Below are positions 50,723 to 63,850 of a DNA stretch of 64,000 bases, one piece after another; the stretch's first letter is position 1; each line of letters opens with the position of its first letter. This DNA is from Octopus bimaculoides (lineage: Eukaryota). A program made the position numbers and the translations under genes. The notes beneath the pieces were generated by a model. The model made no database searches. It was not told the DNA's origin and saw only the letters and a list, made by a program, of their open reading frames with translations. Location: the NCBI RefSeq assembly GCF_001194135.2, contig NC_069002.1:23405996-23469995 (forward strand). The letters are read 5' to 3'.

Positions 50723-51789
50723 TGTATATACACACACGCACCCAAACACACGTATATATATGTATATCAATATAAATATATGAAAGTCAATGAAGTTTCG
50801 TAAAAGAAGGTGATCATGTACATACTTTCTTGCTGTTGTGATTATAACACCTCATTGTAAACTATGTTCCTTGTTTTCCCTTGTGGAGCATATACAAATA
50901 GGTTTTTTGTTGCTGCCCACTCTTGAGCAGCCAACATACAGTTGTCCATGTGAGAAGCAGGGCTCTTCCAAGAGAAGACCAGCTACAGACNNNNNNNNNN
51001 NNNNNNNNNNNNNNNNNNNNNNNNNNNNNNNNNNNNNNNNNNNNNNNNNNNNNNNNNNNNNNNNNNNNNNNNNNNNNNNNNNNNNNNNNNNNNNNNNNNN
51101 NNNNNNNNNNNNNNNNNNNNNNNNNNNNNNNNNNNNNNNNNNNNNNNNNNNNNNNNNNNNNNNNNNNNNNNNNNNNNNNNNNNNNNNNNNNNNNNNNNNN
51201 NNNNNNNNNNNNNNNNNNNNNNNNNNNNNNNNNNNNNNNNNNNNNNNNNNNNNNNNNNNNNNNNNNNNNNNNNNNNNNNNNNNNNNNNNNNNNNNNNNNN
51301 NNNNNNNNNNNNNNNNNNNNNNNNNNNNNNNNNNNNNNNNNNNNNNNNNNNNNNNNNNNNNNNNNNNNNNNNNNNNNNNNNNNNNNNNNNNNNNNNNNNN
51401 NNNNNNNNNNNNNNNNNNNNNNNNNNNNNNNNNNNNNNNNNNNNNNNNNNNNNNNNNNNNNNNNNNNNNNNNNNNNNNNNNNNNNNNNNNNNNNNNNNNN
51501 NNNNNNNNNNNNNNNNNNNNNNNNNNNNNNNNNNNNNNNNNNNNNNNNNNNNNNNNNNNNNNNNNNNNNNNNNNNNNNNNNNNNNNNNNNNNNNNNNNNN
51601 NNNNNNNNNNNNNNNNNNNNNNNNNNNNNNNNNNNNNNNNNNNNNNNNNNNNNNNNNNNNNNNNNNNNNNNNNNNNNNNNNNNNNNNNNNNNNNNNNNNN
51701 NNNNNNNNNNNNNNNNNNNNNNNNNNNNNNNNNNNNNNNNNNNNTGTATATGTATACATATACATCTCTCTCTCTCTCTTTCTCTCTTT

Positions 51790-52119
51790 CTCTCTCTGTG
51801 AAAGTATCTGTCACTCTCAGTATCGAAATGTGATTGTTTCAGTTAGTGGAATAGTTTCATTTTTAAAGTGAAAGTATTTGACATGAGTGTTTTTGTTTCA
51901 CTTTTGACACGTAATACTTAAATAGTGGAGGAGATATTATGTTGCCGTGTGCTCGAACTCTGCAAGAAGTTAATAATTTTTTTGACTAAAACACAACTGG
52001 AACCCTAAGTAAGGCATGTGTAAAATTTGAATGAAATTGGTTGCGTAGTTCTCGAGTTTTAGGGATTCACACAGACAGACAGACAGACAGACGCACATTC
52101 TCATTTTTATATATATAGA
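51790..52119 (-). mobile_element. Helitron-like non-autonomous element, 5' part
   Basis: A|TCTATATATATAAAAATGAG start followed by (CTGT)n, as in Lep1-type Helitrons; 3' end not found (gap nearby). Confidence 0.55.
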
Positions 52120-52164
52120 TATAGAAAGGTAATATGAAATAGTTATGTAGATACTCTGGAGAGA

Positions 52165-52340
52165 GATAAAGGCAGCAAGCAGGTAGAATAATCAGTGTGT
52201 CAAACAAAATACTAACATTCTGGTTTCAAACTCTGCCAAGCTCAGCTTTACCTTTCATTCCTTCAGGAGCAACAAAATAAAATACCAGTTGAATACTGGG
52301 GTCAATGTGATCAACTTTTCCTTTTATTTAAATTTGAAAC
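52165..52340 (+). mobile_element. SINE family B, diverged
   Basis: Head and core motifs. Confidence 0.6.
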
Positions 52341-52854
52341 TAATCTGGAGATAAATATATAAACAGATAATCTGGAGATTGATATGTAAGTAGAAAATTT
52401 GGTGGCCGAAGATATATTTCCTTCTTTTGATTTCTCAACCCTTGAAGGGGAAACTGGGGCTCACTGTGGTGATATACAACATGTCTTATGTATTTTAAAC
52501 TTGACAGAATCTATTCCTTTCCAAATCTTAACACAAATGATTTGACCCAGAAAGACAAACAAATAAGTTATAAAATGATTGAGAAGAAACAGCCCTGGTA
52601 CTGGTGTTCTATCTACTGGTCCATGAATATGAAAGGCACAGTTGACCCTGGTAAAATTTGAACTTGATATGCAAATAGCCAATGTCACAAACCATGCTAC
52701 CTGATGCCCTAATGACTGCCAAGATATTAGACGAAAATATAGATAGATAATATGGAGAGAAACAGATGAAGATAACTAGGGGATTTAAGATAAAATATCT
52801 ATATGTATGTATATTTGTACATAACCACTTATCCGTCTGTCTGTCAGTATAGTG

Positions 52855-53100
52855 AGGATGCATGGCTTAGGGGTTAGGGTGTTGTAGTAACGATTGTGAG
52901 ATTGTGGTTTCAATTCCTGGACTGGTTGGTGCATTGTGTTCTTAAGCAAAACACTTCATCTCACATTGCTCTACAAACTCTTTGATACCTGACATATGGC
53001 AAACTGAACACCTGTTCAGGTGATGTTGACTTGATGGGGAGAGTGGGCACATACATTTGATCACTATAAACAAATCGTTTGTGCAGGTCATTTGGCAAAA
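52855..53100 (+). mobile_element. tRNA-headed SINE, family E-related
   Basis: CATGGCTTAGGGGTTAGGGTG..GGTTTCAATTCC head. Confidence 0.65.
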
Positions 53101-53119
53101 AAGCAAAAAGGAATGCAAA

Positions 53120-53756
53120 GTGCAGGAAGCTCCAATACAAACATGTACCACATGTGATAAAAATCAAACATCCAGTCAACATGGTGTTTGGAGTGATCAT
53201 TAGTGATGGTGACGTTATGCCTCCATTCATCTTCTCACACGGCCTCAGACACAATACGGAAGCCTACATCAAATGCCTGGAGGAGGTAATGCTGCCCTGG
53301 GTCAAGGCAGTGGCTGCTGGAAGAACCTATGTCTGGCAACAGGAATCTGCACCATGCCACACATGCAGTCATGGCTGTCAGACAATTTCTAAGACCACAT
53401 CACCCCTAATATCTGGCTGCCTAACTCCCCACACTGCAACCCCCTTCCTTATTATGTGTGGGGCACACTTGAGCAAGAGACCAACAAAACTCTTTGTAAC
53501 ACCAAAGATGAACTGATGGTAATGATTATGGCAGCATTCACCAACTTAAACAAGGAGACCATCCAGAAGAGTTGCAGGAGATTCTGAAGTCGTCTGGAGG
53601 CTGTGGTTGAAGCCAATCGCGATTTTATTGAATAAATTTACTCTTTAGTATTTCAAGATATTTTTTATGTAACTTTGGTAAATATATCTATTAAAATGAG
53701 ATGTCAGTGTTATTTTCAGTTTTGCATAATTTAGACAGTTTATTCACTGTACCCTG
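53120..53756 (+). mobile_element. maT/DD37D copy, 5'-truncated, right TIR present
   Basis: KHPVNMVFGVIISDGDVMPPFIF..; ends TATTCACTGTACCCTG followed by TA. Confidence 0.9.
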
Positions 53757-53858
53757 TAGATAGGTAATTGAGAGTGCATGATACATTATTTGTTATATAT
53801 ATGTAAGTATTTCTATGCATTTATATATGTGTGTGTATGGAGACCTAAAAGATATATA

Positions 53859-54778
53859 TTGGGTCATCCCATAAATAATGCAGCTTTTTTTTATACGTCT
53901 TTTAGTTTTTAAAATTAAGATAAAGTTCTTTTTTAATCTAAGATATACTCTCCTTCATTTTCTACAATGCTCTTCCATCTATCGGGTAGACTTGCAAAGT
54001 CCCTCTTCCAAAATTCACTTGTCCGTGATGAAAAATACTCCTCCAGTACTGTTCTGACCTCGTCTACAGAATTCATATTTTTTCTGTCCAAATGATTTTG
54101 AAAACTGCAGACTAAACAATAATCAGATGGGGCAATGTCCTGCGAATATGGTGGGTGAGGCATTTTTCCCATTCAAACTGCTTCAGCCTTTGGAATCTCT
54201 TCCTTGCTGTATGTGGTGAAGCATTATCCTGATGAAAGAACACCTTTCATCTCGAAACCAAAGATGGTCGTTTTCCAATGGCCTACAGGTATTGATAAAT
54301 GGTTGAGTGACCAAATCCAAGCTTCTCTGCTGGTTTTTCAGCAGTTACAGCGGGCTTTTGTTCCACGAGGGTTTGCAGGACATCCCTTGTTGAGCTCTAC
54401 AGATCTTCAAGGATGAGGCATGTCTTCTAGGCTGTACTTTCCAGCTCGGAATTTCTAGAACCCCCATTGACACTGGCTTATGCTTATTGTCTGATCCCCG
54501 TATACTGCATTCATATTCCTTGCACTTTCTGTTGTGTTATTGCATTTATTGAACTCAAAGCAAAATATGCCGAATATGCTCCTTTGTCACTTCCATTATA
54601 GCTTTGAAAAAATAACTGCTAAAATTGAAACGCACTCTTCAAAACTTGCACTAAGAATAAGAACAAGGTAAAATTACTACCTGCTTTTATAGCAAGTTGA
54701 TGCAGGTAGTTTATCCCGTCCCCTTCCGACTTTTAGTTCATGCAATCGAAAAAATGCATTATTTATGGGATAACCCAC
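53859..54778 (-). mobile_element. Mariner (DD34D) element, internally deleted, both TIRs present
   Basis: TIRs TTGGGTCATCCCATAAATAATGCA and TGCATTATTTATGGGATAACCCAC, with TA on both sides. QDNASPH..HPPYSQDIAPSD gives a 34-residue spacing after repairing one frameshift. Confidence 0.9.
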
Positions 54779-55255
54779 TACATACAAGTATATTTGTATA
54801 AATAGATGCATATACACACACACACACACAAATATGTAGACAATAGTGTGAAGATATGAAAGCAATGTAATGAAGTAGAAGGATGGATGGGTATATCATT
54901 TGGTAGACAACTAGATAGATACAAACTGCAGATAAATATTTAGATAAATAGCTGAGCAGATAAATAAAAGACAATGAGGGAAATCATTTTTATATTTTTA
55001 TTTTTATGTCATTTCCACTGAGACTCATTGAATCTGTTCTGTATTTTGGGAAATGGTGCATGCTCCATGCCGATTCTGTTAATATCTATGTCGTCTGTCA
55101 ATGGCACAGGCAAGACAAATATATAAAAAATGAAGAACTTAATAAAGAGAATTGAATTTTATATATATTTATATCATTGTTTCTTATAATGGTTTTCTTT
55201 ATATTTACTATCGTTTGAAAAACTTCCATTATTACTGTTATTATTAGTGTTATTA

Positions 55256-55315
<60 letters not shown>

Positions 55316-55469
55316 TTGTTATGCACATTTTGTATTTTGCTTGGTTGAGTTCACTCTTCCTATTGACCTATTTTTGGTTTCTTTTCATTCCAAGTTTTCC
55401 AGAACAAGATTTCGAAAAATAAAATAATATAAAATAAAATAAAAGCAATCAAATAAACAGAAATTAACA

Positions 55470-55573
<104 letters not shown>

Positions 55574-55959
55574 CACACATACACACACACATACACACAT
55601 ATATATATACATACACATATATATATACATACACATATATATAAATGGGGAAAAAAACAAAAGACCAACAACAAGTGAAAGAACAATAATAAACTAGTCT
55701 ACTGGGGTGGGGTGGGTGTCGGTCGGTGGTGGAGGAGACAAACATGTCTTTTAATAAAGCTTCAATTAACTTAGGAAACATGTCTCCAAGACAAAGGAAA
55801 CACAATTTGCTGTCAGTTGCCAGGGAATTGTTTTGGACTGTATTCTACCGTATTGTTCTTGTTTGTGCAGTTCTTTGAATTTTTTTTAAAAAAAAAAAGA
55901 AGAGGCAAATGAGTTGATGTATTGCCCTCAAATTGTCACCAAGGGGCGGAAGTGCCATC

Positions 55960-56160
55960 TGTACATTGGTGTCTGCTATCAATGGTCTGGATATATTACT
56001 GTCACTGATTGGTGTGTTGTCATCAAAGGGTTGCTTCCTTGTCATCAATGACCTTGTTTGTTGCCATGAGTGTCTGTGCCATCAGTGGGTTCATGTGTGT
56101 GTGCCACCAAGAAGTTGCTGTGCGGCTACTAATGCTCTGATATGTTGCCATCAATGGATT
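55960..56160. repeat. Decayed ~20-22-bp minisatellite
   Basis: Recurrent TG(T/C)TG(C/T)CATCAATGG. Confidence 0.5.
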
Positions 56161-56169
56161 CAAAGTTTG

Positions 56170-56345
56170 GCACGAGGTCAGTAATTTCAGTTAGAGGGGG
56201 TAAATTAGTTACGCCAATCAATTTCATTGACCCCCAAAAGGATGAAAGACAAAGTTGATTTTGGTAGAATTTGAACTCAACGTAAAGATGGACAAAATGT
56301 CACTAAGCATTTTGCTTCGTGTGCCACCGATTGTGCCAGCTCCAC
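56170..56345 (-). mobile_element. SINE family B
   Basis: Reverse-complement copy; a further partial copy lies at 56840-56960. Confidence 0.7.
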
Positions 56346-56350
56346 CTTCT

Positions 56351-56579
56351 GAACCCTGTCATTATCAACCCTGCTGAAACCACCTCTGGCTCTGTAGTAC
56401 AAATGTCTTGTTTTCATAAGTTCTGAATTAAAATCTTCCACCAAACCTTAGTCACAATTTATGTTCCTAACACTAGCTGAATGATAACGAAGTTATTTTA
56501 CTAAATTCTTTGTTATATTTAAGATTAATTGAAAGAAACACAGACAATCTCAATAGCTATATGGTAACAAAAGGGTTAA
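56351..56579. mobile_element. TTAA-type MITE, copy 1 of a tandem pair
   Basis: Close match to 56603-56833; right end GGTAACAAAAGGGTTAA. Confidence 0.75.
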
Positions 56580-56602
56580 AATATATAATAGAGAAACAAT
56601 TC

Positions 56603-56833
56603 TTAACCCTTTTGATACCAATCTGGCTGAAACTGCTTCTGGCTCTGTAGTACAAATGTCTTGGTTGTAAAAGTTCTTAATTAAAAGCTTCCACCAAACC
56701 TTAGTCACAGTTAATGTTCCTAACACTAGCTGAATGATAACTAAGTTATTTTTACTAAATTCTTTGATATATTTAAGATTAATTGAAAGAAACACAGAGT
56801 ATCTCAAAATTAATACAGTAACAAAAAGGTTAA
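56603..56833. mobile_element. TTAA-type MITE, copy 2 of a tandem pair
   Basis: TTAACCCTTTTGATACC ... AGTAACAAAAAGGTTAA. Confidence 0.8.
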
Positions 56834-57339
56834 TATTGGTTTCAAATTTTAGTACAAGGCCAACAATTTCAGGGAGGGGGCTAGTCGATTGCATCAACCC
56901 CCAATATACAACTGGTACTTATTTTATTGACCCAAAAAGGATGAAAAGCAAAGTCTACCCTTTATATTTTACTACAATTCTTATGTTTTTAAGTAAAATA
57001 CCTTGTTCTGCCTGAACTGTGCAGACAATCTCTTGTCAGTCCAGCCTGACCATCAGAAATACTATGGATGAGAAAGTGACCCATTGAAAAACTGTAACCA
57101 ATGACACTATCATTCATGTAATGTGTTGTAAAATAGATGAGTGTTGGGTCACTACTAAGAATGTGTAAAGTCCTTGGCTCAGTCTGGAAGGTCTACAATG
57201 GTCTCACATGTCTCTGTGGTCAACAATGATGTTGATGGGAAATATGTGTAACAAGGTGTATAACTAAACATTGGACGTTGCTGAAGGAGGATTTCTCACC
57301 CTCACAATTGCAGATGTGCATACTCTTGCAGAGAAATAT

Positions 57340-57460
57340 ACATGGTCCCAAGTTCAGTCCCACTGCATGGCACATTGGACAAATGTTTTCAACTATAGCC
57401 TTGGGCCAACCAAAGCCTAGTGAGTGGATTTGGTAGATAGAAACTGAAAAAAGCCTGTCG

Positions 57461-57495
<35 letters not shown>

Positions 57496-57705
57496 GTTTG
57501 TGTGTCTGTGTTTGTTCCCCAAACATCGCTTGACAACCAATACTGGTGTGTTTACATCCCCGTAACTTAGAAGTTCGGCAAAAGGGGTCAATAGAATAAG
57601 TACTAGGCTTACAAAGAGTAAGTCATGGGGTCGATTTGCTTGACTAAAGGTGGTACTCCAGCATGGCTGCAGTCAGATGACTGAAACAAGTAAAAGAATA
57701 AAAGA
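57340..57705 (+). mobile_element. SINE family A
   Basis: Colinear with the other copies; internal (TA)n. Confidence 0.8.
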
Positions 57706-59047
57706 AAACCTACACACACACACACACACACTATAATAAACATGTAGCATCCCTTCACTAATAAACATGTGGCATAATGTATAAATTACTTTGTTACTGG
57801 TCTCAGTTATTGGATTGTGGTCATTCTGGAACACCAGCCAACAATGGTTTTAGTTGATTCTCTTGTCCTAAGTTCTACTTACAACATGGTCAATGTGGTG
57901 TCTGTGTATATGGAATATTTAAATTAGGGTTTAGACGTAATGGGGCACGTGATACTGGTTTACACTAGTATACACACACACACACACACACATTTACATA
58001 TGTATATACACACACATATTTATATAAATACACACACGCACATGCACACATAACAATTCCAAAGAAAAAAACTCTGGCTTCTGAGCATTTCTGTCTCCCA
58101 AATCTCACTCTTAAGACTTTGATCAACACAAAACCGCACAGATGATGTCAGCATGGTTTGAACCTGAAATCTAGTCTGCCAGTGGAGTTCTGGGACCAAT
58201 GCTACTGATTAAGCCCCTACCTTGAAAATTTCTGTATTTGTGCCTAAATTAGAAACCATTGTTGTCAGTATGGTGTACTGGTGGAATCATTAAAGTGACA
58301 AATAAAATGAATTACTATATTTAATTTTCTGGTTTCAAACCTTACCAAAGTTAGCTTTTGAATTGAACCTTCCAGAGTCAGTAAACTAAATTTTAGTGAA
58401 ATAAATGTCAGTATATACATCTATATTCTTTCCTCCTCACATGCAAAGACATGTTGTAACTTTGGTAAGATTGGTAAAATATCTGCCGCCAGTCACTTGC
58501 TTTCATCAGAATCAATAAACTAAGAACTCATGTACTCAGGGTGGAATCAATCAAACGTAACTTTCTTCCACAAATATTGGTTTTATAGAGTCAACATTTT
58601 ATCGGAATTAAGGATCAGGACTTTTATCTATAGATTTTGCAATTTTGGGTCCATTTTCTGATTATAGAATTTTCCTATTTTTTTGTCAGAACCATGTTTG
58701 AGCACGTCATAGATTTACGGGAAGTGAGTGGTTTTAAGTGATTCTATAGAGTTATATGGGAATGACAAATACTTTGTAGACTTTTGCACCTATTAATTCA
58801 TTGCTTCAATTTTCTCAGCACCATCTTTCATTCTATGAAGCACTAATTGCCTCCTCAAAGCTAGAAGCAGAGTTTATTATAAAATATGTCTTCCATTTAT
58901 GAATCAGCCAAGAACAACCTCCATCATTTTGACTTTTAAGGCTTCTTCAAATCTTTCTACTTTTTTCCATTGAGGCTTATTTTCTAATTTGGTAAACATG
59001 TAGTATCTACTTCACTACCAAACATGTTGCATTTCCTTCATTAACAG

Positions 59048-59541
59048 GCATGTAACACTAATTTGCACTGCCAGACATGCGGCATTCTCTTCACTAACAA
59101 GCAAGTAGCACTCCTTTCACCAACAAACATGTAGCACACACTTTTCCACTGGCAGACATGCAGAACACTCTATGACATGTAGCACACCCTTCAACTGGTA
59201 GACATGTGACACAACTTTTGTTGTTGTTGTTGGCAGACATGTAGCACACCATTTCATTGGCAGCCATGTAACACACCTTTTCACTGGTAAACATGTAGAA
59301 CACTCTGCCACTGAACAGCCATGTAGTGCATCCTTCAACTGGTGTACATGTAGCACAGCTTTTTTGTTGTTGTTGTCGTTGGCAGACATGGAACATACCC
59401 TTTCACTGGCAGCCATGTAGCACACCTTTTCCCTGGCAGACATGTAGCATCCCCTTCTTTTAGTGGCTGACATGTAACACTATCTTACCAACAAACATAG
59501 CACCCCTTCCCCAACAAACATGTAGCATCTCCATCACTGCC
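59048..59541. repeat. 27-28-bp minisatellite with higher-order structure
   Basis: ACATGTAGCACACCCTTTCACTGGCAG consensus, roughly 18 units. Confidence 0.85.
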
Positions 59542-60159
59542 TAACCCTATAACATCTCACCCCACCCACCCTACAAGTTAGTTGCTCTCATTGTTTGTTC
59601 TTCATTATCAACTTTCTGATATAGCTTTTCTTCATTTCCTCTCTCTTTCTCCTTCTCCTCCTCCTCCTCCTCTTCTTCTTCTTCTTCTTCTTCNNNNNNN
59701 NNNCTTCTTCTTCTTCTTCTTCTTCTCTCTCTCACTTCCTCCCACTCACTTTTCCTTTATTTTCCTTCTCCTTTCTCACTCATTCTCTCAATAAATACTG
59801 TCGTTATGGCAATATCCCCATCATTTCATTTCGATTTTATAGCAAGTCCGTCACAAGCAAATAAAATCACCAATAACAACTTCCATTGCTATGTGTTTGC
59901 TGCAGATCCGTTATGGCCGGCCAGTGTTGATGGTGCTTGATGCACAATAATCAAATCAAATTACCATCACACACAAGATAGAGGCCATCTTCACTGCAAA
60001 CCACTTTCTACACGAAAACTTTTAAGACTATAAATCTCTCTCGCTTTAAACTTGCTTAACTACATTCACTGAGACTTCACTTTCCATGCTGCTCACACAC
60101 CAAACCATTTTCTTCTCCATCGTTTGCCCTCCTCCTCCTCCTACTCCTTTACCTTCTTC

Positions 60160-60420
60160 GCTTCCTCCTCCTTCTCCTTTTTTGCTTTCTTCTTCTTCTT
60201 CTTCTTCTTCTTCTTCTTCTTCTTCTTCTTCTTCTTCTTCTTTGCCTCCTTTTTCTTCTTCTTCTTCTTCTTCTTCTTCTTCTTCTTCTTCTTCTTCTTC
60301 TTCTTTGCCTCCTTTTTCTTCTTCTTCCATTCTTTTTCTATTTCTTTTCTTCATCTAATTTCTTCTCCCCTTTCTTTACATTCTTCTTTCACTTTTCTTC
60401 TTCTTCTTCTTCTTCCTTTT
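60160..60420. repeat. (TTC)n tract with a ~63-bp internal duplication
   Basis: TTTGCCTCCTTTTTCTTC occurs at 60241 and 60305. Confidence 0.9.
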
Positions 60421-61450
60421 CTTCACAGAATATTCCAGTGGTTCCAAGCAGTGCTGTTTTCTGAAACTGCTCCACTTTCATTGCATTCCGTATTTGTTCC
60501 ACATACTTCTCGAAAATTTTTCTCACTGTTCCCTGGGCTCCGACAATTATTGGTACTACTGCTACCTTTTTCATCGACCACAACTGCTTAACTTCCCAAG
60601 CTAACCTGTTATATCTCTCGACTTTTCTTTCTTCCTTATCGCATACCTTGTTGTCAGCTGGGCATGCTATGTCTATGATCCAGCATAGTTTGTTTTCTTT
60701 CTCAATTAAGACTATGTCCGGCTTCCTATTCTCAATCTCATGGTCACACTGAATCATAAAATCCCATAGGATCTTTGCATTTTCATTTTCGATGATGCCT
60801 TCAGGTTTGTGGTTGTACCAATATTTTGCTCTGTCAAGTCCATACTTGTTGCAGAGTGTCCAATGGACAAGCCTTGCTATATTGTCGTGGCATCTTATAT
60901 TCCTTCTGGGTTAGTGGCATACATTGGATGGCAATATGCCATATGGTTTCACCGTTCTGTCCACAGATTCTGCACTTATCACTTTCTGATTTGTTGTCTA
61001 TTCTGTATTTTATGTAGTTTGTTCTTAGTGCTTGCTCTTGGGCAGCATAGATTAGAGCCTCTGTTTCCGGTTTTAAATCAGTTTTAATCATCCACAGCCA
61101 TCTTTTTCCTCTGTCTGTCTTATCTTCAACATCCCAATGAAATTGACCATGCAGTCTTTTCTTTACCCACCTATTTTCAGTTTCATTCGTCTTCAATTTC
61201 TTGTATAGTGCTTTATCTTTGCAGATTTTTTTATCCTACACAAGCCTGACCTTCTTACTTCTAATAATAGTGGTTCTGTGGCATTTTTTACATACCATGC
61301 TATGGTGTTTTCTTCTGCTCTAATGCTGTGTTTGCATCCAATGAGTCTTCTTCCCCCTCTGTTTCTTTGTACATACAGTCTGTCTGTGTCACTTTTTGGG
61401 TGGAATAACCCTTATCTAGTTAGCAACTTCCTTGTCTTTCTGTCTAAGCT
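60417..61450 (-). mobile_element. R4/Dong-clade 5'-truncated element
   Basis: HPKSDTDRLY; AAQEQALRTNY; CRICGQNGETIWH; WDFMIQCDHEIENRKPDIVLIEK; runs directly into (GAA)n. Confidence 0.9.
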
Positions 61451-61475
61451 GTTTAGTTCATTATTATTATCATCA

Positions 61476-61527
<52 letters not shown>

Positions 61528-61550
61528 CATTATTATTATTATTATTATTA

Positions 61551-61582
<32 letters not shown>

Positions 61583-61583
<1 letters not shown>

Positions 61584-62780
61584 TATGCAAACTCACAGCT
61601 TATTTTGCTGTGTATGATGGAAATGTCAGCTGTCTGCAGCCAGCAGACTAACGTGACACTTGTTTACTGGTCATGCTTCAAAAACCCTGCGAAGAATTCT
61701 TGCAGTTCCAAGCAATTCTGATTTTTGTTGGTGTTCCACCTTCACATTTGCACTGATCTTTTTTAGCCATGTTGATAGTTGAGTGCTGATACTTCCAAGT
61801 GCACCAGTTACTATTGGTATCACATCTATTCTCTTCATTGACCCCATAGTTGTTTATTTTTTTTCTTCTTTCACATTGATCCTATTGTCACAGGGGCATG
61901 TTATGTCGATTATCATAGATGTTCTTTCTTCTTTATTCACCACAAAAATGTCGGGTTTTTGATGTCTGGTCAGGTGATCATTGCATCACACGGGATCATT
62001 GCATCCCACAGGATTTTGCAATTCACATTTCCGGTGGCTCCTTCTGGGGTTTGCTCATACCATGTCATTGCTCTTTGCAGGCTGTGATTTCCACAGAGCT
62101 CTCAATGGATCTTTCTTGCCATATTGTTGTGGTGTTGTTTATATTTGCATTGCACCAATTTCAGGCATTTGCTAATGATGTGCCATGCCATTTCACCCCT
62201 CACACCATACATTCTGCAATTGTCGCTATCGATAGTGTTGTCAATTCTGCACTTCATATAATTGATCCTTAATGCTTGTTCCTGAGCTGCACATATGAGT
62301 ATTTCTGTTTCTGCCTTCAGGTCACTCCTCCTCATCCATAGCCACCGCTCCTCTGTATCTGTCTAGGCATTCACATCACTTGCAAACTGCCCGTATATTT
62401 TCTTTTCCTTCCATGCTTATTCTGTTTTGTTTTTGTTCATTTTTTGTTTAAATTTTTCTTTAGTTACACAGTTTTCACTTTTGATGCCAGTCTTCTTCGT
62501 GTGTTTCAACAGTGGCTCCACAGCTTTTTTTTATATACCACTGCTTCAATACAGTCCTGACAACTGATCAATCCTCTCCCATCCTGTCTTCTAGACAAGT
62601 ACAGCCTATCGGTGTCAATCTTAGGGTGGAAGGCTCCGTGTACTGTCAACATTTTTCTGGTCTTGTTTTCCATTTTCTTCACTTTTCTCTATTTTGCTAT
62701 TTTATAATTTCCGCTCCATTTCGAAGTGATGATATCACCCACGTATTAACCACTTGGATTTTATTCCATCCACTCAATTT
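61583..62780 (-). mobile_element. R4/Dong-clade 5'-truncated element with 3' UTR
   Basis: FHPKIDTDRLYLSR; CAAQEQALRINYMK; CRMYGVRGEMAWH; (TAA)n at both ends. Confidence 0.9.
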
Positions 62781-62790
62781 ATTATTATTG

Positions 62791-62854
<64 letters not shown>

Positions 62855-62861
62855 CATCATT

Positions 62862-63168
62862 GCCTTTGCACAGCTTTTAATGCTGGAGATGTACTATGGT
62901 GTCAGCTGTTCACTACCAGTGAACTAAGGTAACACACCCTTATTTTTCAAGCACCATCCAAAATATTTGAGCAGTTCCAAGCTCCACCCTTATTGCAGCC
63001 CCTATTTGTTCCACGTACTTCTCAAGATTTTTACTCACTGTTCCCAGGGCTCCAACAATTATTGGTACAACTACCACCTTTTTCAGCGACCACAACTGCT
63101 TAACCTTCCCAAGCTAACATGCCATGTCTCTCAACTTTTCTTTCTCATTGCATGCCTTGTTGCCAGCT
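62862..63168 (-). mobile_element. R4/Dong-clade 3' fragment
   Basis: EVKQLWSLKKVVVVPIIVGALGTVSKNLEKYVEQIG; (TAA)n at both ends. Confidence 0.85.
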
Positions 63169-63639
63169 GGGAATTATTATTATTATTTTTATTATTATTA
63201 TTATTATTATTANNNNNNNNNNNNNNNNNNNNNNNNNNNNNNNNNNNNNNNNNNNNNNNNNNNNNNNNNNNNNNNNNNNNNNNNNNNNNNNNNNNNNNNN
63301 NNNNNNNNNNNNNNNNNNNNNNNNNNNNNNNNNNNNNNNNNNNNNNNNNNNNNNNNNNNNNNNNNNNNNNNNNNNNNNNNNNNNNNNNNNNNNNNNNNNN
63401 NNNNNNNNNNNNNNNNNNNNNNNNNNNNNNNNNNNNNNNNNNNNNNNNNNNNNNNNNNNNNNNNNNNNNNNNNNNCTCTCTCTCCCTCTCTCTCCTTCTC
63501 TCCCTCTCTCTCTCTCTTCACTTTCCCCTACGAGATGAAAGTACTCATGCAGACTCCTCTGCAAGGACCTGTTCTGCTCCCCCTCCCCTTCTCTCATAGT
63601 AATCCCTTCATCTCGTTATATGAAACTTAGCTCCCACAC

Positions 63640-63850
63640 CTCCCCTGGAGTTCATGGTCATCTGAACTGCATGGCAATCCCAAGAGTGTAGGTGGCATGA
63701 AAAAGCACCCAGTCCATGCTCTAAAGTGGTTGGCATTAGGAAAGGCATCCGGCTGTAGAAATCGTGTCAAAGCAGACAATGATGATTAGTGCAGCCCTGG
63801 GACACAACAGATCCTGCCAAACCATCCACTCAATGTCAGCATGAAAGCTG
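63640..63850 (+). mobile_element. Family C retroposon, diverged
   Basis: GGTTGGCATTAGGAAAGGCATCCGGCTGTAGAAA. Confidence 0.65.

Noticed and set aside
54229-54269. Hammerhead-like CUGAUGA..GAAA CCA AAGA UGG UC on the plus strand
   Set aside because: It lies antisense within mariner transposase coding sequence (FHQDNA region). Stem II lacks the closing G-C pair and no stem I forms, so it is treated as coincidence.
59048-59541. CRISPR-like array
   Set aside because: The units are contiguous diverged tandem copies without unique spacers, the context is eukaryotic, and there are no cas genes.
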